The notes under the pieces are model-generated. The model saw only the letters and a list, made by a program, of their open reading frames with translations, ran no database searches and was not told the origin of the DNA. A stretch of 64,000 nt of DNA from Patescibacteria group bacterium. Its GTDB lineage: Bacteria; Patescibacteriota; JAHJAL01. The stretch covers positions 520-64,519 of the forward strand of contig JBMORM010000025.1 in assembly GCA_049322675.1 (NCBI GenBank), given 5' to 3'. The position numbers were made by a program, and so were the translations under genes. Shown in pieces: positions 9,284 through 17,540 of the stretch; positions within the stretch are counted from its first letter, which is position 1, and every line of letters begins with the position of its first letter.

Positions 9284-10618
9284 ATGTCTGAAGATATAAA
9301 AATACCACCTCAGAGTTTGGAAGCAGAACAGTCGTTGTTGGGCTCGGTTATGCTTGATCCAAATTCGATGGTCAAGATTGTTGATATTATTAAGCCTTTT
9401 GATTTTTACAAAAGAGGTCACCAGCTGCTTTTTGAGAGAATTTTGGAGTTGTATGAAAAAAGAGAGCCGGTGGATTTGGTTACTTTAACGGAAATATTGG
9501 AAAGAAAAAACGAATTGCAAGAGGTAGGTGGGGCGAGTTATATTACTAGTTTGGTAAATTCGGTTCCTTCAGCGGCTCATATTGTTACCTACGCAAATAT
9601 TGTGCGACAAAAATCAATTTTACGTTCTCTAATATCGGCTTCTGGGGAGATGAGCCGAATGGCATATGAAGAAGGGATGGATGTGGAAATGATTTTGGAT
9701 AAGGCTGAACAATCATTATTTTCTATTTCAAAAGTGGCAGGGAGTCAAAATTTTGTCATGATCCGTGATGTTTTGGTTGAGTCGTTTGAGAGAATTGATC
9801 AATTGCATAAAAATAAAGGAAAGGTAAGGGGAGTTCCGACTGGGATCAAGGGTTTGGATAATATTTTATCAGGGTTACAAAGAAGTGATTTGATTATTTT
9901 GGCGGCTAGGCCAAGTATGGGTAAAACTTCTTTGGCTTTGAATATTGCTCAACATGCAGCAATTGAAGAAAAAATTCCAGTGGCGATTTATAGTTTGGAA
10001 ATGTCTAAAGAACAGTTGGTTGATCGTTTGATTTGTGGGGAAGCGGGTTTGGATTCTTGGAAAATGAGGACGGGCAATCTCAATGAAGATGATTTTGAAA
10101 AATTACAGATGGCGATGGGATCGTTGTCTGAGGCGCCATTGTATATAGATGATACTCCTGGGTTAAATGTGGTAGAAGTAAGAACCAAGGCGAGAAGGTT
10201 ACATTCGGAAGTCGGTTTGGGAATGATAATTGTCGATTATCTTCAGTTGCTTGAAGGTAGGTCATTGAATAATGATAATCGAGTGCAAGTGATATCGGAA
10301 ATTTCTCGTTCTTTAAAATCTTTAGCGCGTGAGCTGAATGTGCCGGTAATGGCTTTGTCTCAGTTATCCAGAGCAGTAGAAAGTCGTCCTGATAAAAGAC
10401 CGTTGCTGTCTGATCTGCGGGAAAGTGGATCGATTGAACAAGATGCTGACGTGGTATTGTTTATTTATCGGGATGATTATTATGATCGTGACAGTGAGAA
10501 AAAAAATATGGCCGAGGTGTTGGTTCGCAAGCATCGCAATGGACCAACTGGTGAGGCTCAACTGTATTTTGTCCCGGAGTATATGCGTTTTAGGGATGTT
10601 TCAAAACAACAGGATTGA
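9284..10618 (+). CDS. dnaB: Replicative DNA helicase DnaB
   Basis: It has an N-terminal DnaB domain. The Walker A is ARPSMGKTS. RecA-like motifs are present. The protein is 444 aa. Confidence 0.9.
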   Translation: MSEDIKIPPQSLEAEQSLLGSVMLDPNSMVKIVDIIKPFDFYKRGHQLLFERILELYEKREPVDLVTLTEILERKNELQEVGGASYITSLVNSVPSAAHIVTYANIVRQKSILRSLISASGEMSRMAYEEGMDVEMILDKAEQSLFSISKVAGSQNFVMIRDVLVESFERIDQLHKNKGKVRGVPTGIKGLDNILSGLQRSDLIILAARPSMGKTSLALNIAQHAAIEEKIPVAIYSLEMSKEQLVDRLICGEAGLDSWKMRTGNLNEDDFEKLQMAMGSLSEAPLYIDDTPGLNVVEVRTKARRLHSEVGLGMIIVDYLQLLEGRSLNNDNRVQVISEISRSLKSLARELNVPVMALSQLSRAVESRPDKRPLLSDLRESGSIEQDADVVLFIYRDDYYDRDSEKKNMAEVLVRKHRNGPTGEAQLYFVPEYMRFRDVSKQQD

Positions 10619-10641
10619 AAAATACTAAAGAGGGAGTAAAC

Positions 10642-11274
10642 ATGGAGAAAAAAAATGACAATGGCGGGGAAAAATATTTGGGTTTAATGGGTTTTTCGGA
10701 TAAGCAAAAAAAACAGTTATTTGAGGTAATTTATTTATGTCGTTTGTGGGAAGAATATTTGGTTCATATCAAAGGACTAAGATTTAGACGGGAGAATTTG
10801 GCGTTGGTGGGCGGGATGGTTATAAAAGTAAATTCGGATATTCAATTTGCTTGTGATTTGTTTTTGGTATTGTTGTATCAAACAGCGGAGGAGCAGGTGG
10901 ATTTTTTTGAGAATGTTGATCTGGAGAGATTGCCAAAAGCGGTAGAGGAAATGAGAAATTTGGTAGCCAACATTCCAAATTACGAGAAGGCAAGTTGGTG
11001 GATGAAAATTCTTGTTTGGTTCAAATATGGAGATTGGAAAAAAGTATTGTTTTGGATAATTTATGGCTTTTTCTTTTTGTTTGTATTTGGTTCTGTTTTG
11101 TATTTTTTTATTGCCAATGATTATGGTAGGGATTTGGCATGGAAATTCTTGGATATTTATGGAGTAGCGGTTAAATTTTTGCTGATATTTTTGTTGATTT
11201 TGGCTACGATAGTTATAGTGGCTTCGGTGAGTTTTATGTATTTTGAGAGTAAGGTTAAAAAAAATATGAAGTGA
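10642..11274 (+). CDS. Hypothetical membrane protein (soluble N-domain plus 2 C-terminal TM helices)
   Basis: An ORF follows dnaB. The likely start is 10642, preceded by AGAGGGAG. The six-frame track gives 10615. I recognised no family. Confidence 0.5.
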   Translation: MEKKNDNGGEKYLGLMGFSDKQKKQLFEVIYLCRLWEEYLVHIKGLRFRRENLALVGGMVIKVNSDIQFACDLFLVLLYQTAEEQVDFFENVDLERLPKAVEEMRNLVANIPNYEKASWWMKILVWFKYGDWKKVLFWIIYGFFFLFVFGSVLYFFIANDYGRDLAWKFLDIYGVAVKFLLIFLLILATIVIVASVSFMYFESKVKKNMK

Positions 11275-11287
11275 AAAAGGAGATCAA

Positions 11288-11701
11288 ATGATAGATAGTA
11301 AAAAGATAGTATTTGAGACGAGTGGTTCTTTTGATATGGTAAATTTGACCAAAGAAATTACTACTTTGATTAGAAATGGTTCGATTGAAAGCGGAGTAGT
11401 AAATATTTATTCTCATGGTTCAACCGCGGCGATGGTTACTTTGGGCAGTGAGGAGGGAATTAAAGAAGATTTTATTGAGGCGATAAAAAGAATAATTCCT
11501 GACGGTAAATACAAACACGATGAGAAAACAAATCATCATAATGGTGTTTCTCATATTCGTTCGGCGATTTTGGGTACTGGTTTGAGTATTCCTTTTTCTC
11601 ACAAAAGGATGTTTTTGGGGATGTTTCAGCAAATATATTTTGTTGATTTGGATTCTATCAAGAGAGAGCGGGAAGTGATTGTGCAGATTATTGGAGAGTA
11701 A
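11288..11701 (+). CDS. yjbQ: YjbQ/UPF0047 family secondary thiamine-phosphate synthase-like protein
   Basis: It is 137 aa. The conserved block HNGVSHIRSAILGTGLSIPF...LGMFQQIYFVDLD is present. Confidence 0.7.
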   Translation: MIDSKKIVFETSGSFDMVNLTKEITTLIRNGSIESGVVNIYSHGSTAAMVTLGSEEGIKEDFIEAIKRIIPDGKYKHDEKTNHHNGVSHIRSAILGTGLSIPFSHKRMFLGMFQQIYFVDLDSIKREREVIVQIIGE

Positions 11702-11832
11702 TGCGGCGAGAAATTTTCAATTTTCAAACATATTTTGTTGAAATATACGGATATGATTATGGATTTGTTTGTAAATTGAAAATTGGTCATTGAAAATGGG
11801 GTTATTATTTGAATTAAAAAAATTGAGATATT

Positions 11833-12303
11833 GTGAATATATTAACGAAAAAAGATAATAATGGTTGGTGGTGGATAGTGGTGGCCGTTGTGACGTATAG
11901 TTTAGATCGAATTATAAAGTTGTTGGTAATTACCAGGCAGATTCCTGAAACAAAAATTTTTGATTGGTTATATATTAATTTGCGATACAATGATGGTATG
12001 GCGTTTGGTTTGGGTAGCGGTTATGGTTTGCTTATTTCCCTGATAGGCATTATAATATTTTTGTATTTTCTGTTACAAAACTGGCGGGATTGGTTGAATA
12101 ATTTTGGTTTAAACATTGGAATTGGTTTGGTCTTGGGTGGGGCGTTTTCCAATATTGTCGATAGGTTGTATTATGGTGGGCGAGTGGTTGATTATTTGGA
12201 TTTTACTTTTTACTCTGTGTTGAATTTGGCGGATGTAGCAATAGTGGTTGGCTTGGTTGTGATTGTCGGTTTGTATTGGAAACTTAATCCCGAAGGCAGT
12301 TAA
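11833..12303 (+). CDS. lspA: Lipoprotein signal peptidase II
   Basis: It has the MAFGLG motif. It has GGAFSNIVDRLYYGGRVVDYLDF, matching the LspA catalytic Asp region. It has 4 TM helices and a GTG start. Confidence 0.8.
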   Translation: MNILTKKDNNGWWWIVVAVVTYSLDRIIKLLVITRQIPETKIFDWLYINLRYNDGMAFGLGSGYGLLISLIGIIIFLYFLLQNWRDWLNNFGLNIGIGLVLGGAFSNIVDRLYYGGRVVDYLDFTFYSVLNLADVAIVVGLVVIVGLYWKLNPEGS

Positions 12304-12309
12304 ATATTT

Positions 12310-12380
12310 TCCGGGATCGTCTAATGGTAGGACAGTGGCCTTTGAAGCCATCAATCTTGGTTCGAATCCAAGTCCCGGAG
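12310..12380 (+). tRNA. tRNA-Gln (anticodon UUG)
   Basis: A hand-folded cloverleaf fits. The acceptor stem is TCCGGGA/TCCCGGA. The D-loop is AATGGTA. The anticodon stem is GTGGC/GCCAT, with loop CTTTGAA. The T-arm is CTTGG-TTCGAAT-CCAAG. The sequence is 71 nt, with no encoded CCA. Confidence 0.65.
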
Positions 12381-12481
12381 TTTGGATTTTGAGAGCACGC
12401 CACAAAGTGGCCTCTTTGGGGCTTGATTAGCGTGTTTTTTAGTTAATGTTATGATTTGTGTAATAGAATAATAAAACACTT

Positions 12482-13066
12482 ATGAATAAAAAACTTTATC
12501 CAGTTGTGACTTATTTTAATCAGGATTTTGAAAATGAAGTTAGAGGATTGCAGAGTGAATTATTCGAAATAACTGGAGCTAGAGCTTCTTTGGATGAATG
12601 GCGGCCTCATGTGACGGTTGGGAAGGCTTTATGGATAGAAGATGGTGAATTGCAGAAGTTAGTACAAGATTTGAATGATTTTACGCAAACTCAGTCAGTT
12701 TTTGAAATGGAATTTGATGGATTTGGATATATGGATGATTGGGCGGGGGCGGAAGCGTTTAATTGTGAGCCATATGTTGTGTATGTGGATGTGGTGGTGA
12801 GTAATGATTTGAAAAACTATGTCGAGAAACTAGGCAAGATTTTGGATAAGTATGAGCATAGATATGTTATTCACAAAGATAATTTTCATATGACATTGGC
12901 TTTTAAGGATTTAAATAGGACGGGTTTTGAAAAGGCAAAAAAGTATCTTAGGGGCAAATCTTTTAATGGGAAGGTAAGGGTTGATTCTCTTTCGGTCGTG
13001 TTGGATACAGAAAAAGGTGATGTGATTAAGGAAGTTGTCAATTTTAAATTTGGTAAGAAAGTATAG
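12482..13066 (+). CDS. 2H phosphoesterase superfamily protein (LigT/2'-5' RNA ligase-like)
   Basis: It has two H-x-T/S-x motifs, HVTVG and HMTLA, about 95 aa apart. Confidence 0.55.
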   Translation: MNKKLYPVVTYFNQDFENEVRGLQSELFEITGARASLDEWRPHVTVGKALWIEDGELQKLVQDLNDFTQTQSVFEMEFDGFGYMDDWAGAEAFNCEPYVVYVDVVVSNDLKNYVEKLGKILDKYEHRYVIHKDNFHMTLAFKDLNRTGFEKAKKYLRGKSFNGKVRVDSLSVVLDTEKGDVIKEVVNFKFGKKV

Positions 13067-13234
13067 TGAGCGAGGGTGTGGGGTCGCTCGACTACGCTAC
13101 GTGGGTGATGCGGGCGGGTAATTAATTGGAGGAATATCCGCCTTTGCAAAAGCTACGGCGAGACAAGGCAGGTTCGAACTTCGTGTATTGCACGGAGTTT
13201 GTCAAAAAAGACCTTTGTTTTGAGGTCTTTTTTA
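13067..13234 (+). ncRNA. Candidate structured RNA / cis-regulatory leader: a GC-rich island ending in an intrinsic terminator, directly upstream of the MFS transporter
   Basis: The segment is roughly 55-60% GC in an otherwise AT-rich genome, as for the tRNAs. It has several internal complementary stretches, including GAGCGA...TCGCTC. It ends in the hairpin AAAGACCT...AGGTCTTT plus a T-run, 18 nt before the downstream ATG. Confidence 0.3.
13204..13234 (+). terminator. Intrinsic terminator / attenuator hairpin
   Basis: AAAGACCT-ttgtttTG-AGGTCTTT forms the hairpin. It is followed by TTTT. Confidence 0.6.
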
Positions 13235-13252
13235 TGAAATTAATATGTAAAT

Positions 13253-14428
13253 ATGCAACAAAAATACCAGGGAAATATTTGGAAATTGACGTTGGCCATG
13301 ATGACCAATGACGTTAGTTTTAGTATTGGCGTGTCTGTTTTGTATATGTTGCATTTGGGTTTGGATTTGGGGCAGATTTCTTTGGTGGTTTCGGCTTGGT
13401 TGGTTTTTTCGACCTTGGGAAATATTCCAGCGGGGATTTTTGCGGATCGATATGGCAATAAATTGTCTCTTTTTTGTGGAGGAATATTATTTTTAGTTGG
13501 GACAATACTATTTGCTTTGGCAAAAGATTTTTATTGGTTGGTTGCTGGATATGCTCTGATGGGATTAGGCTCTGCTTTAAAACAGGGTGCTGACCAAGCT
13601 TTGTTGTACAATGGATTGAACATTGATGGAAAGAAAAATTTGTTTAAATCAACTTTCGGACGGATGGATTTTATTAATAACATTTCTACTGGTGTCCTGA
13701 TGTCTTTGATCGGTGGTTTTCTATTTACCATCAATCCGCGGTGGCCGTTTTTAGCTGAGATTGGTTTGGTGGTTATCTCTCTGGCGGCGATTGGATTATT
13801 GAAGGATGTCAAAGTAGTAAAGAAGAAAGATTCTGTTTGGTTGGATTTACAGAAGTCTTTTCGCCAGGCTTTTACAAAACCAAATTTTTCTCGAATATTT
13901 ATTTTTTCGGCGTTGATTGGCAGCGTAGCTTTAACGACTATTCAATATGTTCAGCCGGTTTATAAAGATATCGGGATCAATTCCTGGTATTATGGGTTGT
14001 TGGCAGCTTTGATGTTTGTTTTTCGGGGAGTGGGCGCTTGGTATTCTGACAAATTGGGTAAAATATTTTCCGTGGACAAATATTTGGTCCTACACGCCGG
14101 GGTGTTTGGTTTGTTTTTAATCTTTATTCAAAAAACAAAAGAATTATTTTTTGTTTTGCCGATATTGGCAATTTTCTTTTTCTTGAGAGGTTTATATTCT
14201 CCGACAGTAAGTACGTGGATCAATGAAAAGGTCGATTCAAAAAATCGGGCAACTATGTTGTCAATCAATAGTCAGATATTAACTTTAGTTACTTCTATTT
14301 CTTTGTATTTTACGGGAACAATTGCGGTAAAATATGATTTGTCTGTATTGTTTTATGTTTTAAGTATTTTTTCTTTGATTTTATTAATTAGTTACGTTTT
14401 AGTGGTGCGAAAAATTGAAGCAAAATAA
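13253..14428 (+). CDS. MFS transporter
   Basis: It has 12 predicted TM helices. It has the MFS motif GIFADRYGNK (the GxxxDRxGRR-like loop 2-3). Confidence 0.8.
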   Translation: MQQKYQGNIWKLTLAMMTNDVSFSIGVSVLYMLHLGLDLGQISLVVSAWLVFSTLGNIPAGIFADRYGNKLSLFCGGILFLVGTILFALAKDFYWLVAGYALMGLGSALKQGADQALLYNGLNIDGKKNLFKSTFGRMDFINNISTGVLMSLIGGFLFTINPRWPFLAEIGLVVISLAAIGLLKDVKVVKKKDSVWLDLQKSFRQAFTKPNFSRIFIFSALIGSVALTTIQYVQPVYKDIGINSWYYGLLAALMFVFRGVGAWYSDKLGKIFSVDKYLVLHAGVFGLFLIFIQKTKELFFVLPILAIFFFLRGLYSPTVSTWINEKVDSKNRATMLSINSQILTLVTSISLYFTGTIAVKYDLSVLFYVLSIFSLILLISYVLVVRKIEAK

Positions 14429-14586
14429 TTTCTTGTTGCATATATAAGAAATATATTATATAAGGAAGTAGTGAGGTTTAAATTTTTGGTAAAGTTTTTT
14501 GTATCTTTTTGAATGCGGAAACGACCCCAAAAATGTTTAGCCGATAGGGTCGAGTATTTATATGTTTAGGCTTAAAGAGAAAATAA

Positions 14587-14853
14587 ATGGATTCAAGTGC
14601 AGCAAACAAGCTTTATGTCGGAAATTTGGCATATAGCGTAACTAGCGAACAATTGAAAGAATTCTTCGCTGAATTTGGCGAAGTTGTGGAAGCTATTGTG
14701 ATTACTGACAAAATGTCAGGTAGATCAAAAGGTTTCGGTTTTGTCACTTTTGCGTCAGACGAAGAAGCCAAGAAGGCTTTGGAAATGAGTGATGGCAAAG
14801 AAATGGCCGAAAGAAATTTGAGAGTCAGTATTGCTCGTCCTCTAACAAGATAA
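14587..14853 (+). CDS. RRM-domain RNA-binding protein
   Basis: RNP-2 is LYVGNL. RNP-1 is KGFGFVTF. The protein is 88 aa, the bacterial Rbp type. Confidence 0.85.
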   Translation: MDSSAANKLYVGNLAYSVTSEQLKEFFAEFGEVVEAIVITDKMSGRSKGFGFVTFASDEEAKKALEMSDGKEMAERNLRVSIARPLTR

Positions 14854-14881
14854 AGCAATATTGTTTTCTAAAAAAATTTTT

Positions 14882-14915
14882 GATGGATACTATTTTTGGT
14901 ATCCATCTTTTTTTA
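14882..14915 (+). terminator. Rho-independent terminator after the RRM gene
   Basis: GATGGATAC-tattttt-GGTATCCATC forms the hairpin. It is followed by a T8 run. Confidence 0.75.
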
Positions 14916-14987
14916 TTGTGTTTTGCTTAACCATATGATAAGTTTAAGTAAGATAAAATTTAGCTGTTATTTTTTTAGGAGTTAATT

Positions 14988-15194
14988 ATGGCTGCTTACA
15001 ATCAGAAGAATAGCAAAGGTCAAACTTACTATTTGCATTCCCGAAATGTGGTTTTGAAGGGTGGACGTCCGCAGACAATTTATTTCTTTGCCAAGGAAGA
15101 AAAATCTGAGGGTGGTTTGGCTCAGATTCCGGCTGCTTATGAAGTTTCGGAAAACAAGAGAACTGGTTTGTTGTTTCTTAGAAAAAAACAATAA
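14988..15194 (+). CDS. Small hypothetical protein (68 aa)
   Basis: A GGAG ribosome-binding site lies 7 nt upstream. The composition is protein-like and basic. I recognised no family. Confidence 0.45.
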   Translation: MAAYNQKNSKGQTYYLHSRNVVLKGGRPQTIYFFAKEEKSEGGLAQIPAAYEVSENKRTGLLFLRKKQ

Positions 15195-15358
15195 TTTGAT
15201 TATTTGTGAAGACTAAAAGTTTTGACAATAAGTTTTGGGGTACGTGGTTTTTGCCGTTGTTATCGTTGTTAATGTTGATAGCAGCGGCAATTTTGTTTTT
15301 TTTGGCCTTTAGGGGTCTTCTTTTTGTTTAATAATTATTTGAAAATGGAGAGGGCGAT

Positions 15359-15919
15359 ATGATTTGGATTTTGGTCTTACCTTTGGTGTTGGTTTTGGTG
15401 GCTTTGGTTTGGGCGGTGATGGTTTACAATGGCTTGATCACAATGAAAAATCGAGTTGATGAAGCTTGGAGTGATATTGATGTTCAGTTAAAAAGAAGAT
15501 ATGATTTGATTCCCAATGTAATGGAAACGGTAAAGGGGTATGCCAAGCATGAAGATAGTGTATTTAAACAAGTTACCGAGGCAAGAACGGCGGCAATGTC
15601 AGCCAAGGGAGATATTAAATCTGCGGCAAAAGCTGAGGGTGACTTGTCGGGTACTTTGAAGACGTTGTTTGCAGTAGCAGAAAATTATCCGGAATTAAAA
15701 GCAAACCAGAATTTTATGTCATTACAACAAGAGTTGGCTGATACGGAGGATAAGATTCAGGCGGCACGTCGTTTTTACAATGGAAATGTTAGGGATTTTA
15801 ATATTCATTTGGAAGTTTTTCCAAATAATTTATTGGCAGGTGTCTTCAATTTTAAAAAGCGAGAGTTATTTGAGATTGAGAATACTCAAGAAAGAGAAAA
15901 CGTTAAGGTTTCTTTTTAA
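15359..15919 (+). CDS. lemA: LemA family protein
   Basis: It has an N-terminal TM helix. LemA core blocks are present: DVQLKRRYDLIPN, ELKANQNF and RRFYNGNVRDFN. Confidence 0.85.
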   Translation: MIWILVLPLVLVLVALVWAVMVYNGLITMKNRVDEAWSDIDVQLKRRYDLIPNVMETVKGYAKHEDSVFKQVTEARTAAMSAKGDIKSAAKAEGDLSGTLKTLFAVAENYPELKANQNFMSLQQELADTEDKIQAARRFYNGNVRDFNIHLEVFPNNLLAGVFNFKKRELFEIENTQERENVKVSF

Positions 15920-15990
15920 TGGACAATGGTAGTATTTGGGGATGGAGATGATGTTTTTCTCTATCCCTTTTTTTATAAAAATGAGTTTGA

Positions 15991-16887
15991 TTGATGTATA
16001 AAGAAATTGATTACAATAAAAAGATTACTTGGGTGGTTGTTTTGGGATTTGTCTTTTTACTGGTGTTGGTGATTTATTTTTTTGGCGAGATTTCCAATTT
16101 GGGGTATTTTGGAATTGTTCTTGGTTTAATGATATCAATGCCTTCGGCATTGATCGGCTATTTTGCCGGTGATTCTGTAGTATTGTATCTGGCCGGCGCT
16201 AAACAAATATCAAAAAAAGATGACCCCAGGCTTTTTGGTATAGTTGAAAATATCGCTATTACTGCAGGTTTGCCGGTTCCAAAAGTGTTTGTGATTCAGG
16301 ATAATTCGATGAACGCTTTTGCTACTGGTCGAGATCCTCACCATGCTTCAATTGCTATTACTTCCGGATTATTGAATATATTGGAAAAAAGTGAATTGGA
16401 GGGTGTTATTGCTCATGAATTTTCTCACATTAAAAATTTTGACATTAGATTGAGTATGGTTTTGGTTGTTTTTGTTGGTTTAATAGTTGCTTTATCTGAT
16501 ATTATTTGGAGAATTGGTTTGGGAGGGAGCGGTTCTAGAAAGAAAGGTGGTAGTTTAATTTTTATTATTGGTTTGATATTTATCATTGTCTCTCCATTTG
16601 TTGCTAGGTTTTTACAGATGTTTTTATCAAGAAAACGAGAATATTTAGCTGATGCTGAGGCGGCTTTGTTAACAAGATATCCGGAGGGTTTAGCTTCTGC
16701 TTTGGAAAAATTGTCCGCACAAGAAAAGATGTTGAGTAATGTCAATAATGCCCTGAATCATTTATATATTGTAAGTCCAATAGATAACGTTGAAGGTAGA
16801 AAAAAAAGTTCATGGTTTTCTGGTTTATTTATGACCCATCCGCCAATAAAAGATAGGATTGTGAAATTGAGGTCAATGTCTGTATAA
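15991..16887 (+). CDS. htpX: Zinc metalloprotease HtpX (peptidase M48)
   Basis: The HEFSHIKNFD motif is HExxH. It has 4 TM helices. It is paired with lemA, a common arrangement. Confidence 0.85.
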   Translation: MMYKEIDYNKKITWVVVLGFVFLLVLVIYFFGEISNLGYFGIVLGLMISMPSALIGYFAGDSVVLYLAGAKQISKKDDPRLFGIVENIAITAGLPVPKVFVIQDNSMNAFATGRDPHHASIAITSGLLNILEKSELEGVIAHEFSHIKNFDIRLSMVLVVFVGLIVALSDIIWRIGLGGSGSRKKGGSLIFIIGLIFIIVSPFVARFLQMFLSRKREYLADAEAALLTRYPEGLASALEKLSAQEKMLSNVNNALNHLYIVSPIDNVEGRKKSSWFSGLFMTHPPIKDRIVKLRSMSV

Positions 16888-16889
16888 AT

Positions 16890-17540
16890 ATGAAAATAAT
16901 TGAAGTAAAGAACAATCGGATTTCTGACTTGGAGCGTAGTTTGATAGTGGATAGTTTATCCAATGATGAGATAGTTGTGTATCCAACTGATACAATATAT
17001 GGTTTGGGTGTAAATGCATTTTCAAAAGAAGCAGTCAAGAAAGTATATGATTTAAAAGGGAGAAAAAAAGGCGATTATTTTTCGGTAATGGTTGAAAGTA
17101 TCGACGAAATAAAAAAATATGCTTCGATTGGAATTTTTGAGGAACAATTTTTAAATAAATACTTGCCAGGGCCGGTAACAGTGATAATGAAATTAAAACC
17201 TGAGATTTTACAAAAAGGGATGTTTTCTAAATATATTGTTAATAAAAACGGGGCGGTTGGTTTTAGGGTAATCAAAAAACATGGTTATTTGAATGATATT
17301 CTTCATGCCGGCGGTTTCCCCATCATTTCTACAAGTGCCAACAAATCCGGGGCGGGTATTATTAGGTCAAATATCAATTTTGTTCTAAAACAATTTGAAA
17401 ATGATTTGGATCATATTTCGATTGTGATTGATTCAGGTGATTTGGGCAATATTCAACCTTCGACGATTGTTGATTTGTCTCAGACGCCATATTCAATACT
17501 TAGAAGAGGAGTGTTAGATGTAAATAGGGAGGATTTGTGA
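16890..17540 (+). CDS. tsaC: L-threonylcarbamoyladenylate synthase (YrdC/TsaC family)
   Basis: The YrdC signature VVYPTDTIYGLGVNAFSKEAVKKVYDLKGR is present. Confidence 0.85.
   Translation: MKIIEVKNNRISDLERSLIVDSLSNDEIVVYPTDTIYGLGVNAFSKEAVKKVYDLKGRKKGDYFSVMVESIDEIKKYASIGIFEEQFLNKYLPGPVTVIMKLKPEILQKGMFSKYIVNKNGAVGFRVIKKHGYLNDILHAGGFPIISTSANKSGAGIIRSNINFVLKQFENDLDHISIVIDSGDLGNIQPSTIVDLSQTPYSILRRGVLDVNREDL

Noticed and set aside
13067-13234. tmRNA, SRP RNA or RNase P RNA assignment for the GC-rich island.
   Set aside because: At about 170 nt it is too short for tmRNA or RNase P. It has no GGGG...CCACCA tRNA-like ends. It lacks the SRP domain IV GGAA/AGCAGC motif and the RNase P conserved blocks. 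The ACUACGCU-like stretch does not give a plausible ...ALAA-type tag frame.
13126-13311. A 61-aa ORF spanning the GC-rich island and the MFS start.
   Set aside because: It runs through a terminator hairpin and overlaps the MFS start in another frame. It is better explained as an artefact of the GC-rich RNA element.
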